A stretch of 64,000 nt of DNA from Rebecca billardiae RCC1528 (GCA_965240325.2 OZ251228.1:2480001-2544000), one strand, 5' to 3'; shown: positions 32,994-45,567, counted from the first letter of the stretch. Notes: generated from the letters alone by a model not told the origin. Numbers and translations are program-made.

Positions 32994-33616
32994 TTACATC
33001 TTGAAGAACTTGCCTGCGAGCGTTGACGCGGGGCGGGGTGCGGGCCACGGGACAGCGGACGTGGTGACACGGACGCGGGCGATTGTTGAGCAAGTGCCGG
33101 GGCATAGAGGCCGCGCTGAGCGAGTGCGCGTGGGCGCGCGATACGCGCCATACCGCTGGATTGTCCCGAGTACAGGAACTCGCCCGGGTGTTTGAGCGTG
33201 TACGCCTCCGCAAACTTGGCCTCTTCCGAGAGCGAGAGGTGGTGCTGGAATCGCGAGTTCTTGTCGCGCTTCGCAGTGTGCGCGTACCAGCCGCACTCCT
33301 GCGCGGCTGTCTGCGGCTCGTCGTATTTCTCGTGCGGTAGCCGGTTTGTGCGTAGCATGGCGTTGATCGTCTCCTTGACGTCGCTCGGCGCGCTCGCGAT
33401 GTCGATGTCCTCGTTGAACACCATGCCCACCTTCCCGGTCACCGTCGGCTGCTCTCGCCCCATGCCATTGTTCATGGCGACTGAGCGGCCGGGGTTGGCC
33501 GAGTAGTGGGTCTTCTTCCCTCGAGCGACCACAGCCTGCTCTTTGGACACATGCTTGGCCCAAATCTGCTGCACCGCCACCTGGTTGCCCTCGAAGATGG
33601 GCGACTCCCAGTTCAT
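32994..33616 (-). CDS. FAM183/CFAP144-like ciliary microtubule protein (2 exons)
   Basis: Motif PHEKYDEPQTAAQECGWY. ATG at 33616, an intron at about 33153-33014, and last exon GKFFKM*. Confidence 0.65.
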
Positions 33617-33972
33617 CCCCGGTTTCTGCGGGCACGTGCGCGCGTGGCGGGCACGGGCACGGGGCGCGGTCGTGGGAGGGGTTGCACGTGAGGTGGCCAC
33701 ATGCGGTCCACGTCCGACGAATAGCCGGTGACCAGCGCGCGCGTACGGAATTGCGGAACGCCATCCTCCCGTGCCGCGAACGCTCACGGCCACGCCGCCC
33801 TGCTGGTTACAAGGCCGTCAGCGGGCTGCGCCGCGAAACAGTCTTCTCTTCTGCTTTCTGCAGCGAGGTTTTTTTCGATGCTGGATGTTATTTTCCGACA
33901 GCTCCGCGCGCGACACTTCATTTCGATCTGGTGCCAACGCGCGCCCTCGGCCGCCCTCAGCGGCGCTCCGCC

Positions 33973-35355
33973 TCAGGCCCCGACGCCGAGCGCGCCATCA
34001 ATCACCGCCTGCAGCTTGTCCAGACCTTTGGCGGCCTTGGCGCTGATGCCGACGACGGCGAGCGGGCGCGAGAGCTCCGCATTCTCGGCGCACAGCCCGT
34101 CCGCCAGGCTCTCGATCTCGCGCACCGCGCGCTCCTTGAGCTCGCGCGCGCCGTCCGCGCCGCCCATCTCGATGGCGAGATCGAGCTTGTTGAGCGCGAC
34201 GGCGTGCGGCCGCTGCACGTACTCGGGGTTGTACAGCGCGAGCTCGCGGTGGAGCGCGGCGTACTGCTCGGCGGGGCTGAGCTCCGAGCTCGCGGCGTCG
34301 AGCACGTACAGCAGCACGCGGCACCGGCGCACGTGCCGCAGGAAGAGCCGGCCCAGCCCGCGGCCGCGGTGCGCGTCCGCAATCAGCCCAGGCAGGTCCA
34401 CCAGCACAGGCCGCTCGGCGCCCGCCTCCTCGGCGGCGCCGGCGGGCTCGACGCGGCCGACGTTGGGGATGAGCGTGGTGAACGGGTACGCGCCGATCGT
34501 CGGCTTCGCGCGCGTCAGCCGCGCGAGCAGCGTCGACTTGCCCGCGTTCGGGAAGCCGATGAAGCCGACATCTGCGACGGTGCGCAGGATGAGCTCGAGC
34601 TCGGCGTCGTCGCCCGGCTGGCCGCGTGCCATCTCCTTCTGGTCGGCGGCGCTGAGCCGGGTCTCGGCGGGCCCGCGCGGGTCGTCGAAGAGGAACAGCC
34701 CGCCCTCGCCGCCCTCGGCGACCACGACCTCGTCGTCCGGCGAGACGAGGTCGGCGAGCAGTCGGCCTTGCTTCGTCCTGACGACCGTGCCGGGCGGCAC
34801 GGGCACGCGCGTCGGCCGCGCGTCGTACATGTTGAGCGCGTCGGCTGAGATGCCGCGCAGCCGACTCTCGGCCTCGGCCCAGCTGCGCTGCCGCCGGTAG
34901 TTCACCAGGCCCTCGCATCGCCCGCCGTCCGCGGCCTTGATCAGCGGCCGCGCACCGACTGCCTCTGTGAGGTTGAGCAGCGTCTGAACGGACGTGTCGA
35001 CGTACAGCACGACGTCGCCGCCGCGCCCGCCGCCGAAGGGCGGGATCAGCTCGCCGAGGTTGTCACGGTCGAGACCCTGCGACGACTTTGGAAGCCGCTC
35101 CACCCGCCCGTCGCCGCCGCGGCCGGCGCGCACCGCGAGGCGCGCCGAATCGAACTCGGTCACGGCCTGCTGGCGCGCCTCGCGCGGCTGCGGCGTGGCG
35201 CTTGCGCACGCTGAAACAAAGGCGCGTGTCGCGCGCGTCGAGAGGCCGAGATGGGCGCGCGGGCGCACCCCCACGCGTGCTGGGTACACGCGCGCTCCCG
35301 CGTCCAGCGCGGCGCACGCCACGACGACGAGCACCCGCGCCGCCGCCACCATCAT
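33973..35355 (-). CDS. obg: Obg/CgtA GTPase, probably plastid-targeted
   Basis: Gly-rich Obg fold (GRGGDG, GGGRGGDV). G1 GFPNAGKST, G2 YPFTT, G3 DLPG, G4 NKLD, G5 ISA. Confidence 0.93.
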   Translation of the reverse strand: MMVAAARVLVVVACAALDAGARVYPARVGVRPRAHLGLSTRATRAFVSACASATPQPREARQQAVTEFDSARLAVRAGRGGDGRVERLPKSSQGLDRDNLGELIPPFGGGRGGDVVLYVDTSVQTLLNLTEAVGARPLIKAADGGRCEGLVNYRRQRSWAEAESRLRGISADALNMYDARPTRVPVPPGTVVRTKQGRLLADLVSPDDEVVVAEGGEGGLFLFDDPRGPAETRLSAADQKEMARGQPGDDAELELILRTVADVGFIGFPNAGKSTLLARLTRAKPTIGAYPFTTLIPNVGRVEPAGAAEEAGAERPVLVDLPGLIADAHRGRGLGRLFLRHVRRCRVLLYVLDAASSELSPAEQYAALHRELALYNPEYVQRPHAVALNKLDLAIEMGGADGARELKERAVREIESLADGLCAENAELSRPLAVVGISAKAAKGLDKLQAVIDGALGVGA

Positions 35356-35519
35356 CTATTCGCAATATGGATTTGATGGTCCTTTGATGACTCTTCGTCG
35401 TTCCACGGCCGCGCTGGCCGGCGCGTTCCCGGCCCGCCTCGTCAACACACGCGCCCGCCCCGGCTGCGCCGCCGGGCGACGCAGGCGCCAGTCGGTGCGC
35501 TACGCACAAGCTGGCCGGC

Positions 35520-36911
35520 ATGGTCAACGCGAAGAACCCCAAGTGCGGTCACGCCGGCTGCACCACGCAGCCTACGTTCAGCATGCCGGGCGACGCGCGC
35601 GCCAGCTGGTGCGCTGCGCACAAGCTGGCCGGCATGGTCGACGTGAGGAACCCCAAGTGTGATCACGCGGGCTGCACCACGCGGCCTAACTTCGGCATGC
35701 CGGGCGACGCGCGCGCCAGCCGATGCGCCACGCACAAGCTGGCCGGCATGGTCGACGTGAAGCACCCCAAGTGTGATCACACGGGCTGCACCAAGCAGCC
35801 TAACTTCGGCATGCCGGGCGACGCGCGCGCCAGCCGGTGCGCTACGCACAAGCTGGCCGGCATGGTCAACGTGAAGAAACCCAACTGTGATCACACTGGC
35901 TGCACCACGGTGCCTTACTTTGGCATGCCGGGCGACGCGCGCGCCAGCCGGTGTGCTACGCACAAGCTGGCCGGCATGGTCGACGTGAGGAGCCGCAAGT
36001 GTGATCACGCGGGCTGCAGCAAAGTGCCTTCTTTCGGCATGCTGGGCGACGCGCGCGCCAGCCGGTGCGCCACGCACAAGCTGGCCGGCATGACCGACGT
36101 GGTGAGCCGCAAGTGTGATCACACGGGCTGCACCAAGCAGCCTAACTTCGGCATGCCGGGCGACGCGCGCGCCAGCCGGTGCGCTACGCACAAGCTGGCC
36201 GGCATGGTGGACGTGAAGCACCCCAAGTGTGATCACGCCGGCTGCACCACGGTGCCTTACTTTGGCATGCCGGGCGACGCGCGCGCCAGCCGGTGTGCTA
36301 CGCACAAGCTGGCCGGCATGGTCGACGTGAGGAGCCCCAAGTGTGATCACACGGGCTGCAGCAAGGTGCCTTCTTTCGGCATGCCGGGCGACGTGCGCGC
36401 CAGCCGGTGCGCTACGCACAAGCCGGCCGGCATGCTCAACACTCAGCTCGCCGTCCCCAAGCGCAGGCTGGAGCATGGCACCGGCGACCAGGGCACACGC
36501 GCAGCGAAGCGACAGCACAAACCCACCAGCTGCGTTGCTGCATTATCGGACGCCGCGCCGCAGGTGTCTGCACCGCCGCCGCTGGTCGCAGTCAGCATCG
36601 TCCGCTGGCGCGCGCCAGATGGCACGATCCATTCGATTGACGACGGGGTGGTCAATGATGGTGCCCTGGGCCTGCACGAGCTGCATCAGCGTGGCAACGC
36701 AGGTGGCGATGCAATCCGGGCTGCCAGTGGCAGCCACGGCCAGGGACTACCAGCAAGTATCAACACCACCTCTGCGCCAGCAGCTGCTCCACCATCATCA
36801 TCGATGGCAGTGACGGGAGCACGACGGCAGCAACCACAGGTCATACCGGTGGTGATGGCCAGGAGGGTCCGATGGGTCGACGCCAGGCAGGATGCTGGGA
36901 ATTCGTCGTGA
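35520..36911 (+). CDS. EsV-1-7-type Cys/His tandem-repeat protein, 8 x 38 aa
   Basis: 114-bp units encoding MVDVKxPKCDHxGCTxxPxFGMPGDARASRCATHKLAG, followed by KRRLEH...KRQHK. Confidence 0.85.
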   Translation: MVNAKNPKCGHAGCTTQPTFSMPGDARASWCAAHKLAGMVDVRNPKCDHAGCTTRPNFGMPGDARASRCATHKLAGMVDVKHPKCDHTGCTKQPNFGMPGDARASRCATHKLAGMVNVKKPNCDHTGCTTVPYFGMPGDARASRCATHKLAGMVDVRSRKCDHAGCSKVPSFGMLGDARASRCATHKLAGMTDVVSRKCDHTGCTKQPNFGMPGDARASRCATHKLAGMVDVKHPKCDHAGCTTVPYFGMPGDARASRCATHKLAGMVDVRSPKCDHTGCSKVPSFGMPGDVRASRCATHKPAGMLNTQLAVPKRRLEHGTGDQGTRAAKRQHKPTSCVAALSDAAPQVSAPPPLVAVSIVRWRAPDGTIHSIDDGVVNDGALGLHELHQRGNAGGDAIRAASGSHGQGLPASINTTSAPAAAPPSSSMAVTGARRQQPQVIPVVMARRVRWVDARQDAGNSS

Positions 36912-37367
36912 CTGGTGACCGTCACGTGTGTCAGTGTCACGCCCAACAGGCGACACAGCCGGCACACCGGGCGTGATCACGTGCCATCACTCTGACGCAG
37001 CTCGGACGGTACGGTTACGAGTGCATGACTAGTGACCTACCGTACATACAGTAAGGTCCAGCCAGCTGACCAAGCAGAACAGGCTACACCATCGTCCACC
37101 ATTGGACGCACCATGACCAGCCACTGACCAAGTAGGCGACGACATCATCCGCACCAGCTGCTGACCAAGTACTAGTGAAGTAGGGGACGGCCTGGCCGAC
37201 GCCAACATGCTCACTCGCCTTTGATTTGGTACCCGCATGCACTTCCTGGGGCTGGTGGGCCTGACGACGTCGTCGACGACAACAACGACATCCGCCATGG
37301 GGACCAACATCAAACAAAGTGCTCACACCACTGCCACTGCTGCAAGCATCGACCAGTACCACTACCT

Positions 37368-37420
37368 AGACGAATCAGGAGAGCTGCGCCCTCGTGCCTG
37401 TGTCTTTAAATCATAGAATT
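37368..37420. repeat. 53-bp dispersed repeat, probable element end
   Basis: AGACGAATCAGGAGAGCTGCGCCCTCGTGCCTGTGTCTTTAAATCATAGAATT is identical at 45824-45876. Confidence 0.85.
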
Positions 37421-37491
37421 AGTCTATAAAGGTAGTTACTCGGACTGCTTACGACGAGTTACGGCGCCGAATACGGGCGCGGCCGCCGCAA

Positions 37492-37591
<100 letters not shown>

Positions 37592-37599
37592 ATACACAG

Positions 37600-38555
37600 T
37601 ACAGCAACTGGGCACGGACCTGCGACAAGGCATGCCGCCTTTCCCCACGCGCCCTTCAGGTTGTCCCGGCTCAGCCGGTCGCTTCGGCGGCCGACGGGCC
37701 CTCGGCCGGCTCCCCCTTCCCGGGGACTCGGTGGGGCACCGCCAGGAGTGTCTCGCGGCGGGCGGGCCGAGCGCGCGGGTCGCCAGCTGACCCCGCGACG
37801 TTCGATTCGACTGCTCTGCGCTGGCACGTGCACGCGGAGATCAACCACACGCAGCGGGTCCGGGATAGGCACTGGCACCCTCTTTCTCCAGCCGGCCGCC
37901 GGCTGCATCGCCTTGCGGGGCGATGCAGCAGGTGGACGCCGCTGCACCCATCTGGCCCTTGGCGCTGGCCTCCTCCGTGCCCCTCGCTCCACCCTAGGTG
38001 GGGCAGGCCGCAGGGGGTGCGGGGTGTGACGAGCCCAGGGGCCAGGTTCCCCAGCATCAAGCACTGCATCTGCAGCAGCCCGCCGGCGGGCCGGGCTGCG
38101 ACGTCGACTACAACCTCATCCGCTTCATCGCCCAGAGCGCACTAGGCGGCGCGCTCACTCTCCAAGCCCCTCTTCTACAGCTGCGCGCCGCTTGGCCGGC
38201 GCGCGGCGACGCGTACTACGACCTCATCCTCATCCAGGCGCCCACGCGGGCGCACGGGGGCGACAGCCGCGTCTGCCGTCTGCCGCAGCTGCTCGCCGCT
38301 AGGTCGGCGGGCGGCGACATTGACTACGACCTCACCCTCATCCAAGTGCTCCGGAAGGCGCTCGGCCGCGGCGGCATCTGCCGTCGCCGCCGCGTGCCCC
38401 AGGCCGAGGCGGTGCTCCATCCCGGCCCCGCTCCCGTAGGGGGGCAGGGCTGCGGGTGGCGCACTGTCTGACCTGGACGGAAGGCGCGGACGCATTCTAC
38501 TATGTGTCTGTTGCACTCTGAGCCTGACGCTTGTTCGATGCTGCCACGTCGTTAA
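37600..38555 (+). mobile_element. Truncated element between (CT)n and (TA)n, ending CCACGTCGTTAA
   Basis: The 3' 160 bp match 24593-24759. Contains a degenerate ORF with three D.(D/Y)Y(N/D)L..I-like motifs. The left boundary is uncertain. Confidence 0.5.
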
Positions 38556-39164
38556 ATATATATATATATATATATAGCGAAGTAGGCGCGTCTACGCTGC
38601 CGTTCAGACTAACTATATTAAGACTATACTGCTAATATAATTAATTTGACGAGCGCAGCGCGCGCTGCTTCTCAGTACGGCGTATACTCACTCGAGTTAT
38701 TGCTACTCAGCAGACGCAGACGGCAGAGCATCAGCCAGCAGTCACCGGGGCGTCGTCGTCCATGTCAATGTGTAGGAGTCATTGAAATTTATAATATTGA
38801 CGATGCTGTTAAATCGTCATGTCATGAGACATGAGTTGCAACTTGCTTAGACTTGCATGACGCGGCCGCGGCTACGCGGCAGAATCCTTCCTCCGATCCG
38901 ACTCGTCCCGGTCCTAGCTCATCATCAGGCCATTGCTCGCCGTCAGATATCCACTCCTAAACGTAATATATATATATATATATATATCTGTAAGGCTGGT
39001 CATGATGGCGGTGCCGATGCGGCCGGTGGCATGCTCCGTCGTAGTCCGTGTTGCTCAGGACTGCCGACTGGTTCAGCGGTCGCGGAGTGCGGTCATTCCG
39101 GTCAATGATGCCTCACGCCATGAGTTATTGTTGGAGTTGTTGTCAGACCCGCCATCAGGCATCA

Positions 39165-42085
39165 TCACTCCTCCTCCTCCTCCTCGGCTTCCCCCTCCTC
39201 AGCATCGTCCGGCTCGTCATCCTCGCTGCCAGGCTCCACTTCGTCCCCCGACGCCTCAGACTCTGACGAGGACTCGGCCTCGCTCTCAGAGTCCTCCTCG
39301 TCCCGGACCTCGTCTGCCTCCGCCTCGACGCGCTCGATCTCTGCGTCAGCGTCGTCTCCCGCCTGGCGCTGCGAGCGCAGGCGCGAGAGCGCCTGCGTGG
39401 CGGCGCCGCGGCGTGCACGCTTGGAGCTCGCGGCGGGCAGCGCGGCCGCGGCCGCGCTGCGGCCGCGCGCGCGCATCGGCCGACTCGGCCCGAGCGGGGC
39501 GGTGGCGGCTGCTGCGCGCACTTGCGCCGCCGCGGCAGGCGCGGTGGCGGCGGCGCGGCCGCGCTTGCGCGCTGCCAGCGTGCGGCGCGGAAACTCCTCC
39601 TCCACCTCCTCGTCCTCCTCGTCTTCGTCCTCCTCCTCGCTAGGGGTGGCGCACGCCGGGCAGAGCCAGCGGCCGCGCGGCACCTCGAGCAGCGGCGGGC
39701 GCAGGCAGCCGGTATGGAACGCGTGCCCGCACCAGCCGTCGCACAGGAGCAGCTGCTCGGGGCGGGTGCCGCGGCTGCGGGGGGTCGCGCGAGGGCGAGG
39801 CGCGGGGTCGCGCCGCGTGAGCGCACAGCGCGGGGTGGGGAGCGCGCGCCCAGTGCGCGCAGCACGCGCTGCTGCGTGCGCGCGCGCACGGTGGCGCGGG
39901 CGTGCATGCGCGCGCGCGCGCGCGTCGCAGGGCGCGCTGCCTGCCGGCTGACAGGGACGCACCGGCAGGTGGCGCAGCGGGCGGAGGCCGCGGCCTCGCT
40001 CTCGGAGCGCAGTCCGTCGCGCAGCGCCTGCACGCTCTGCGCGAGCTGTGCGCACGTGCACTGCGCCTCGCACGCCGCGCGCCACGCCTCCGCGTCGAAC
40101 TCGGCCTCGCAGTACGCGCTGAGCACCGCCCGCTGCAGCGCGAGCATGCACGAGCGCGCGGCCGGCGCGTCGGCCGCGGCGTCGAGCGCCTCGAGCCAGG
40201 CCTGCCGGTCGTGCTCGGCGGAGGTCCAGTGGCTCTCGATCAGCTCGGCGAGGCCGCGCACGCGCCGCTTCAGCTCGACCAGCGCCCACGCGCTCGCGTG
40301 CGCGCGCGCGCTGAGGACCTCCGCCTCCTCCGCCTCCTCCTCGTCGCCATCGTCGTAGGCGACGCGCCACCGCGCCTCCGCGGGCCGGCCCTCGCGCGCG
40401 CCGTGGCCGGCCGCGCCGGCTGCCTTGCTCGGGGGCGGCGAGAAGGGCCCGGAGGCGCGCGCCGGCGGCTGCACCGTACCGCACGCCCACGCCGACTCGG
40501 CAGCGACGAAGGTGACGACGCGCACGCCGTCCAGCTTGGCTGGCGGCAGCTGCAGCGCCGACGGATCGTCCGAGGCGGCCGCCTCGGCGGCGCGCACCGC
40601 CGCGTCGGCGGCCACGGCGTAGAGCTCGACCGACGCGCTCTCGAGCTCGGCGACGGGCGCGAGCTCGAGCAGGGCGTGGCTCAGCTTGCCCAGGCTCAGC
40701 CGATGCGGCTCCGGGCCGCGCGGATTCGCGACGCGCTGCGCGAGCTTCCGCCCCTCCTCGGTCGCGCGCGCGAGCACACCGCCCCCGCCGCCCGAGCGCG
40801 CGCACGCGAGCAGCGTCTGGGCGTGCGACGGGTTGGCGTCGGGCGCGGCGCGGGGCGTGAAGGCGTAGAGGCTCGCGCTGCCATCGGGCGTCAGGCCGAG
40901 CCGGCGCCACCGGAGCTCGCGCGGCCGCTCCGACGGCGGCAGCTCCTCCGCCTCGCCGTCCGCAGCCACCGCGCAGCCGTCGGCGTCGGCGCGCGCGCCC
41001 GCCCCCTCGGCCGCTCCGCGCTTGGCGCTCGCTGAGCGCAGCTCGCGGTGGCGGTGCGCCTCCCACGCGCCGGCGGCCTTGTCCGCCGCGATCCCGCCGT
41101 TGAGCGCCGCGATGATCGAGCCCGCACCGCTCGCGGGCGCGCCCTCGTGCTTTGGCCCCGCGCCCTTCTTTCCCTTGGCCGCCTTGGCGCGCGCCTTGAG
41201 GGTGGCGTGCAGCGCGTCGCGCGCCGGCTTGGTCGAGAGCAGCGCGTCGCCGAGCTCGCAGAGCGCGCGCGCGCGCAGCGCGGGCGGCACGCTCGCCAGC
41301 TCGGCGCCGCGCAGCCGCTCGCACGCGCCCTGCACGCCGGCGCCTGCGGCGAAGCCCAGCTTGCCCCAGGCACCCTCCGGCGCCGCGGCGAGGAGCGCGA
41401 GCTCGCACAGCACGTGCGGCGCGTTGAGCGCGTCGACCGAGTCCGGGTGCGGCAGCGTCGGGTCGTTGAAGCACTCGTGCTCGGCGAGGAGCACGCGCAG
41501 CATCGCGGAGAGCACGCTGCGCAGCAGCAGCGACTCGCGCGCGAGCAGCTCGCCGACGAGGACGGCCGGGTCGAGCGTGGTCAGCCCAGGCACGCGGAGG
41601 AGCGCGCCAAAGTCGCACAGCAGGTTGTGGACGAAGAGCTGCCGGCCGAGGGCGGGGGCGCGGGGACGCACCCACGCGGGCCGCGCGGCCACGAGCGTCA
41701 GGCGGCGCGGGGTCTCCGTACGCTCGCGCGCACGCACGGCACGCACCGTGTCCTCTGCGGCGACAGGGAGGCGCGTCACCGCGCCAGGGTCGACGACGGG
41801 CGTCGCGACCGAGTCGACGCGCCGGGCAGGAGCCGGCTTGCACAGCGCGTGCACGGGCTTCGCCGGCATCGCCTGCTCAGGCGTCTTGTCCATCTCGGTC
41901 ATGTCGATCACTTGCGCCAACGCAGGCGTTGGCGGCGCACGCTCTCCCTTCGGCTCATGAGCCGCGCCCACGGGATCAGGCGACACGGAGACGCGCGTGA
42001 AGAAGGACGATATCTTCATCGATGTCGTGGTCCCTGCGGCCTTCGCTTTCGCGCCAGTCGGCTTCGCGCTCGCCCCCTTCGCCAT
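39165..42085 (-). CDS. Chromatin protein with PHD finger (DDT/WHIM/Tudor-like segments; BAZ/ACF-like), spliced
   Basis: CATCR [intron at about 39770-39962] LLLCDGWCGHAFHTGCLRPPLLEVPRGRWLCPAC. Tudor-like WRVAYDDGDEEE and an acidic C-terminus. Confidence 0.75.
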
Positions 42086-42755
42086 CGGCACCTGCCTTGC
42101 GCTTGTTGTTGGCTTGCGAAGACCGTTGGCTCCCTGATCGCGATCAAACTCGTTCGACGACAATCAGATTTCGTCGCAAGTGGTTCCCGGACTCACGCAC
42201 GCACGGATCCCGATCGCCCGCATTTTCGTAAAATAATGGCGTGCGGTCCTGTTCTGCGCTTGAAAAGGGCGGCAGAGTCATCAGTCGATTCGTCGTCGTC
42301 GTCTAGTGTCTAGTCTAGTGTAAATAATTATGATCATATAACTCGATCTGACGCTGCCAATAGTTGTGTAACTACTCCCTGTAGGTCACTTAATCAGTCA
42401 TATGACACGCGGAGTGATGGACCCGGCATTGGCGTCAATCGCATGATTCCGCGGCTGCACGGCGGTGACTCGTGGAGCCATCGCGCGTCATCACTCGGTG
42501 ACTCAGTCTCAGACTCACGGCATAGCCATGAGGCAAAATGTGCCATGGCCCAAGTGCGGACGCGTGCTCGGCACGGCGCATGGCCTGCGCGCGTCCGAGC
42601 GGACGCGTGCGCTGTTCCAGCAGCCCCGCAGCTCTGTGCTCGAGCTCCCCAGGCTGCGAGACGAATCAGAAGTTGGGAGCCTCGCTCGGCCGCACCCGCG
42701 CGGGTGTGCCGAGCGACGGCCCGGTCCGGGCGAATCGCTCGCCCCGGCGTGCGTC

Positions 42756-43853
42756 TCAGCAGCAGCCGCCGCCGCTTTCGCCGCCCTGCTTCTGGCGCAG
42801 GTTGACGCCCCGGTTCGCATCCGCTTCCGTCCCCGGCATGGCTTGGCTCTCCATGCGGTTCTTGATCTCCGTCGCCTGCGCACCGGGCGCGCGGAGAGGC
42901 AGGCGCACGCGGCACGCGGCACTCGGTGCCGGTGAGAGATGGCACAGCATGGCGCGGACACATGGGCGTGCGGGGGGTCGCGGCGCGTCCGCGGAAGCGC
43001 GAGCGCGCGCAGCACCATAGTCAGGAATGCCGTCTCCACGTTGTTCGCGCTCTTTGCCGACGTCTCGAGGAACGGCATCTTATTCTTGTCCGCAAACTCC
43101 TTGGCGGCCTCAAAGCGCACCTGGCGCGCCTCGCCGATCGCGAGGTCCGACTTGTTGCCCACGAGCAGCTTGGAGACGTTCTCGCGCGCGTACTTGTTGA
43201 TCTCGACCAACCACTGCGGGCGCGCGCGGGGGCGAGGGGAGCCGCGGGCCGCCACGCTTCAGCCCAGCCCGCCCGTCCCCGGGGCGGGCGCGCGTGGGTG
43301 GCTCACGCGCGCGCGCGCGCGCGGGTGCCGCTGCGCGCTGTGGCGCGGCGCGCACATCGTTCACGCTGTCGAACGAGTTCTTGTTCGTCACGTCGTAGAC
43401 AACGATGATGCCGTGGGCGCCGCGGTAGTATGTGCTGCTGATCGTGCGGAAGCGCTCCTGCCCCGCCGTGTCCCAGATCTGCAGCTTGATGGTCTTGCCA
43501 TCGAGCTCGATCGTGCGGATCTTGAAGTCGACGCCGATTGTGCTGATGTACGAGTCCATCCATGTGTCGTCGGCGAAGCGCAGCAGCAGGCACGACTTGC
43601 CCACGCCCGAGTCGCCGATTAGCACCAGGATAAACAGGTAGTCATAGTCCGGCTGCCCATGGTACGGGCACACGGCACGCACGCGCGCATGGGACCGCCC
43701 AGGGGAGCACCGCGGGTTGCGGCGTGCGCATGCTCAGCGTATGGGGCGCACGGGCGCCCGGTGCCCGGCGAGCGGTGGGAAGAGGGGCCAAAGGGCTCGA
43801 CGACGCCTTGCCATCGCAGCCCGGCGCGCGTGCGCCCGGCTGCGCACCTTCAT
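42756..43853 (-). CDS. RAB1: Rab1/Ypt1 small GTPase, 4 exons
   Basis: MK|[38 protein letters not shown] and C-terminal GGCC. GT-AG introns inferred. Confidence 0.93.
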
Positions 43854-44176
43854 GCTGCGTCAGCTGCTTCACCGCGCGCAGCTGCGCAGCCTGCCGCCGC
43901 ACTTGCACGCCGAAGGCTCAGTGCACCGGACTCGTCGCGAAATGGGACTTCGCGCAGACGCCATCCTGCGGATCTTGGCCGACGCGGCGCCCCCTTCCGG
44001 CATCCGACAACAAAGCAGAAACAAAGCGGAGCCACCGAGCCAGCCGCGCCCGCCTTGTTCACCCGAGCAGCAAGGCCTGTTGCGGGCCCAGCGCCCCGGC
44101 GCTGGTTGGCGTGCCCAGCCGGCGAGGGTACGCGCGGGTTTTGCCGCGGCCGTGTGGCTTACGTGCGCGCGCCACC

Positions 44177-44866
44177 ATGGAGTCGGCGGAGGAAACGCTC
44201 GCGCCCATCTCGCCGCGCGTCAAGCGGAAGGTTCAGCAGCCGGCTCTCGCGCTTACAGAAATGGACGCTGAGTCGCAGCTCATGCACCTGCGCCGGGCGT
44301 TCGAGGTGTTTGACGCGGACAAGTCGAACTCGATCGACGTGAGTGAGCTCAGAGGGCTCCTGACCAACCTTGGCATGACCGAGGACGAGAGCAACATCGA
44401 GGCCCTCTTTGCAGTCGCCGACGCGGACGGCAACGGGGAGATCAGCTTCGAGGAGTTCTGCGCGGTCGTGGGGGCCAAGATCGTGCCGATCGAGGGGGAC
44501 GCGGATGGCGAGATGGATGACGCGTGGGCCGTCTTCACCGCCGAGCTCCCGCCCGACAAGCGCGGCCCCGACGCCGTGGTGACCGCCAGCACCCTCTTCA
44601 CGGTGCTGCAGCACATGGAGCTGGGCATGTCCGACCTCGAGGCGGAGGAGATGCTCCGGGTGGTCGAGGTGTTCCACGGGCGGCAGCCGACGGGTCGCGT
44701 CACACTCGGCGAGTGGAAGGCGTTCATGCACGAGCGCCTGGGGCTGGACAAGCCCCAGGCCGAAGCGGCGCGCTCTGCAGCCGCGCTGGCGAGCACGCAC
44801 TACGCGACGCCTCCGCCCCCACCAGCCAGAGGGCGGGGCGCAGGGAAGGGGAACGATCGCGTATGA
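44177..44866 (+). CDS. Calmodulin-like EF-hand protein
   Basis: DADKSNSIDVSE and DADGNGEISFEE, with a degenerate second lobe. ATG in GCCACCATGG context. Confidence 0.85.
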   Translation: MESAEETLAPISPRVKRKVQQPALALTEMDAESQLMHLRRAFEVFDADKSNSIDVSELRGLLTNLGMTEDESNIEALFAVADADGNGEISFEEFCAVVGAKIVPIEGDADGEMDDAWAVFTAELPPDKRGPDAVVTASTLFTVLQHMELGMSDLEAEEMLRVVEVFHGRQPTGRVTLGEWKAFMHERLGLDKPQAEAARSAAALASTHYATPPPPPARGRGAGKGNDRV

Positions 44867-45468
44867 CGCTGCACGGCGAGCATGTCCCGCAGGCCACGAC
44901 GTGTGCCCGTGCGGTGCCCCCGTGCCACCATGCAGCGTGCTGGACGCTCGTCGCGCCGGATCCGCAAACTTCGTCGATTCTGCTTCCGGCGCAACAGCCT
45001 TGGTGCGACCGCCACATGCACTCAGCGCCGGCCACCGGCGGCCAGCACCGACCAGTCCGCTGAGCGGGATCTCAATTCTCCTTCTGTCCGTCTCTGGGCT
45101 CTGCTTCTGCCGTGCTGCTGCGCGAGCCTTCGGATGCCGCGCTGTGACTGACTGGCGTCCCGGTGTGACACGGCAGAGAAGTGCCAGGTCGGGTCGCTGG
45201 ATGGTGGATCATCGACCGACGATGGCGATTACGGAATACGGGATGATTACGGCACGGCGGCTGCGGCACGCTGCTGACCGACGCGGAATTCCGTCCCCGG
45301 GTGGCGCGGGTCCGATTCAATTTTACAAGGACTGCAAGTGGTGCTCGGTCACCACCAGATTCACCAACGGGGCCACCGCCCGCACCTGGCGTAGACTAGT
45401 ACCGGTAGAGCCGCGCGCGGCGCTGGCGCGCCAGACGTGCCCGGTTGGGCAGCGCAGGCATCCTCAGC

Positions 45469-45567
45469 GGCCAGGGCGACGACTTCCTCAACGGCCAGGG
45501 CGACGACTTCCTCGTCAACGGCCAGGGCGACGACTTCCTCAACGGCAAGGGCGACTACTTCCGCAAC
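45469..45567. repeat. About 24-bp tandem repeat x4
   Basis: GGCCAGGGCGACGACTTCCTCAAC units. Confidence 0.9.

Noticed and set aside
45469-45567. CRISPR-like array (also considered for 50288-50612 and the 114-bp repeats)
   Set aside because: The repeats are contiguous with no unique spacers, the context is eukaryotic, and there are no cas genes.
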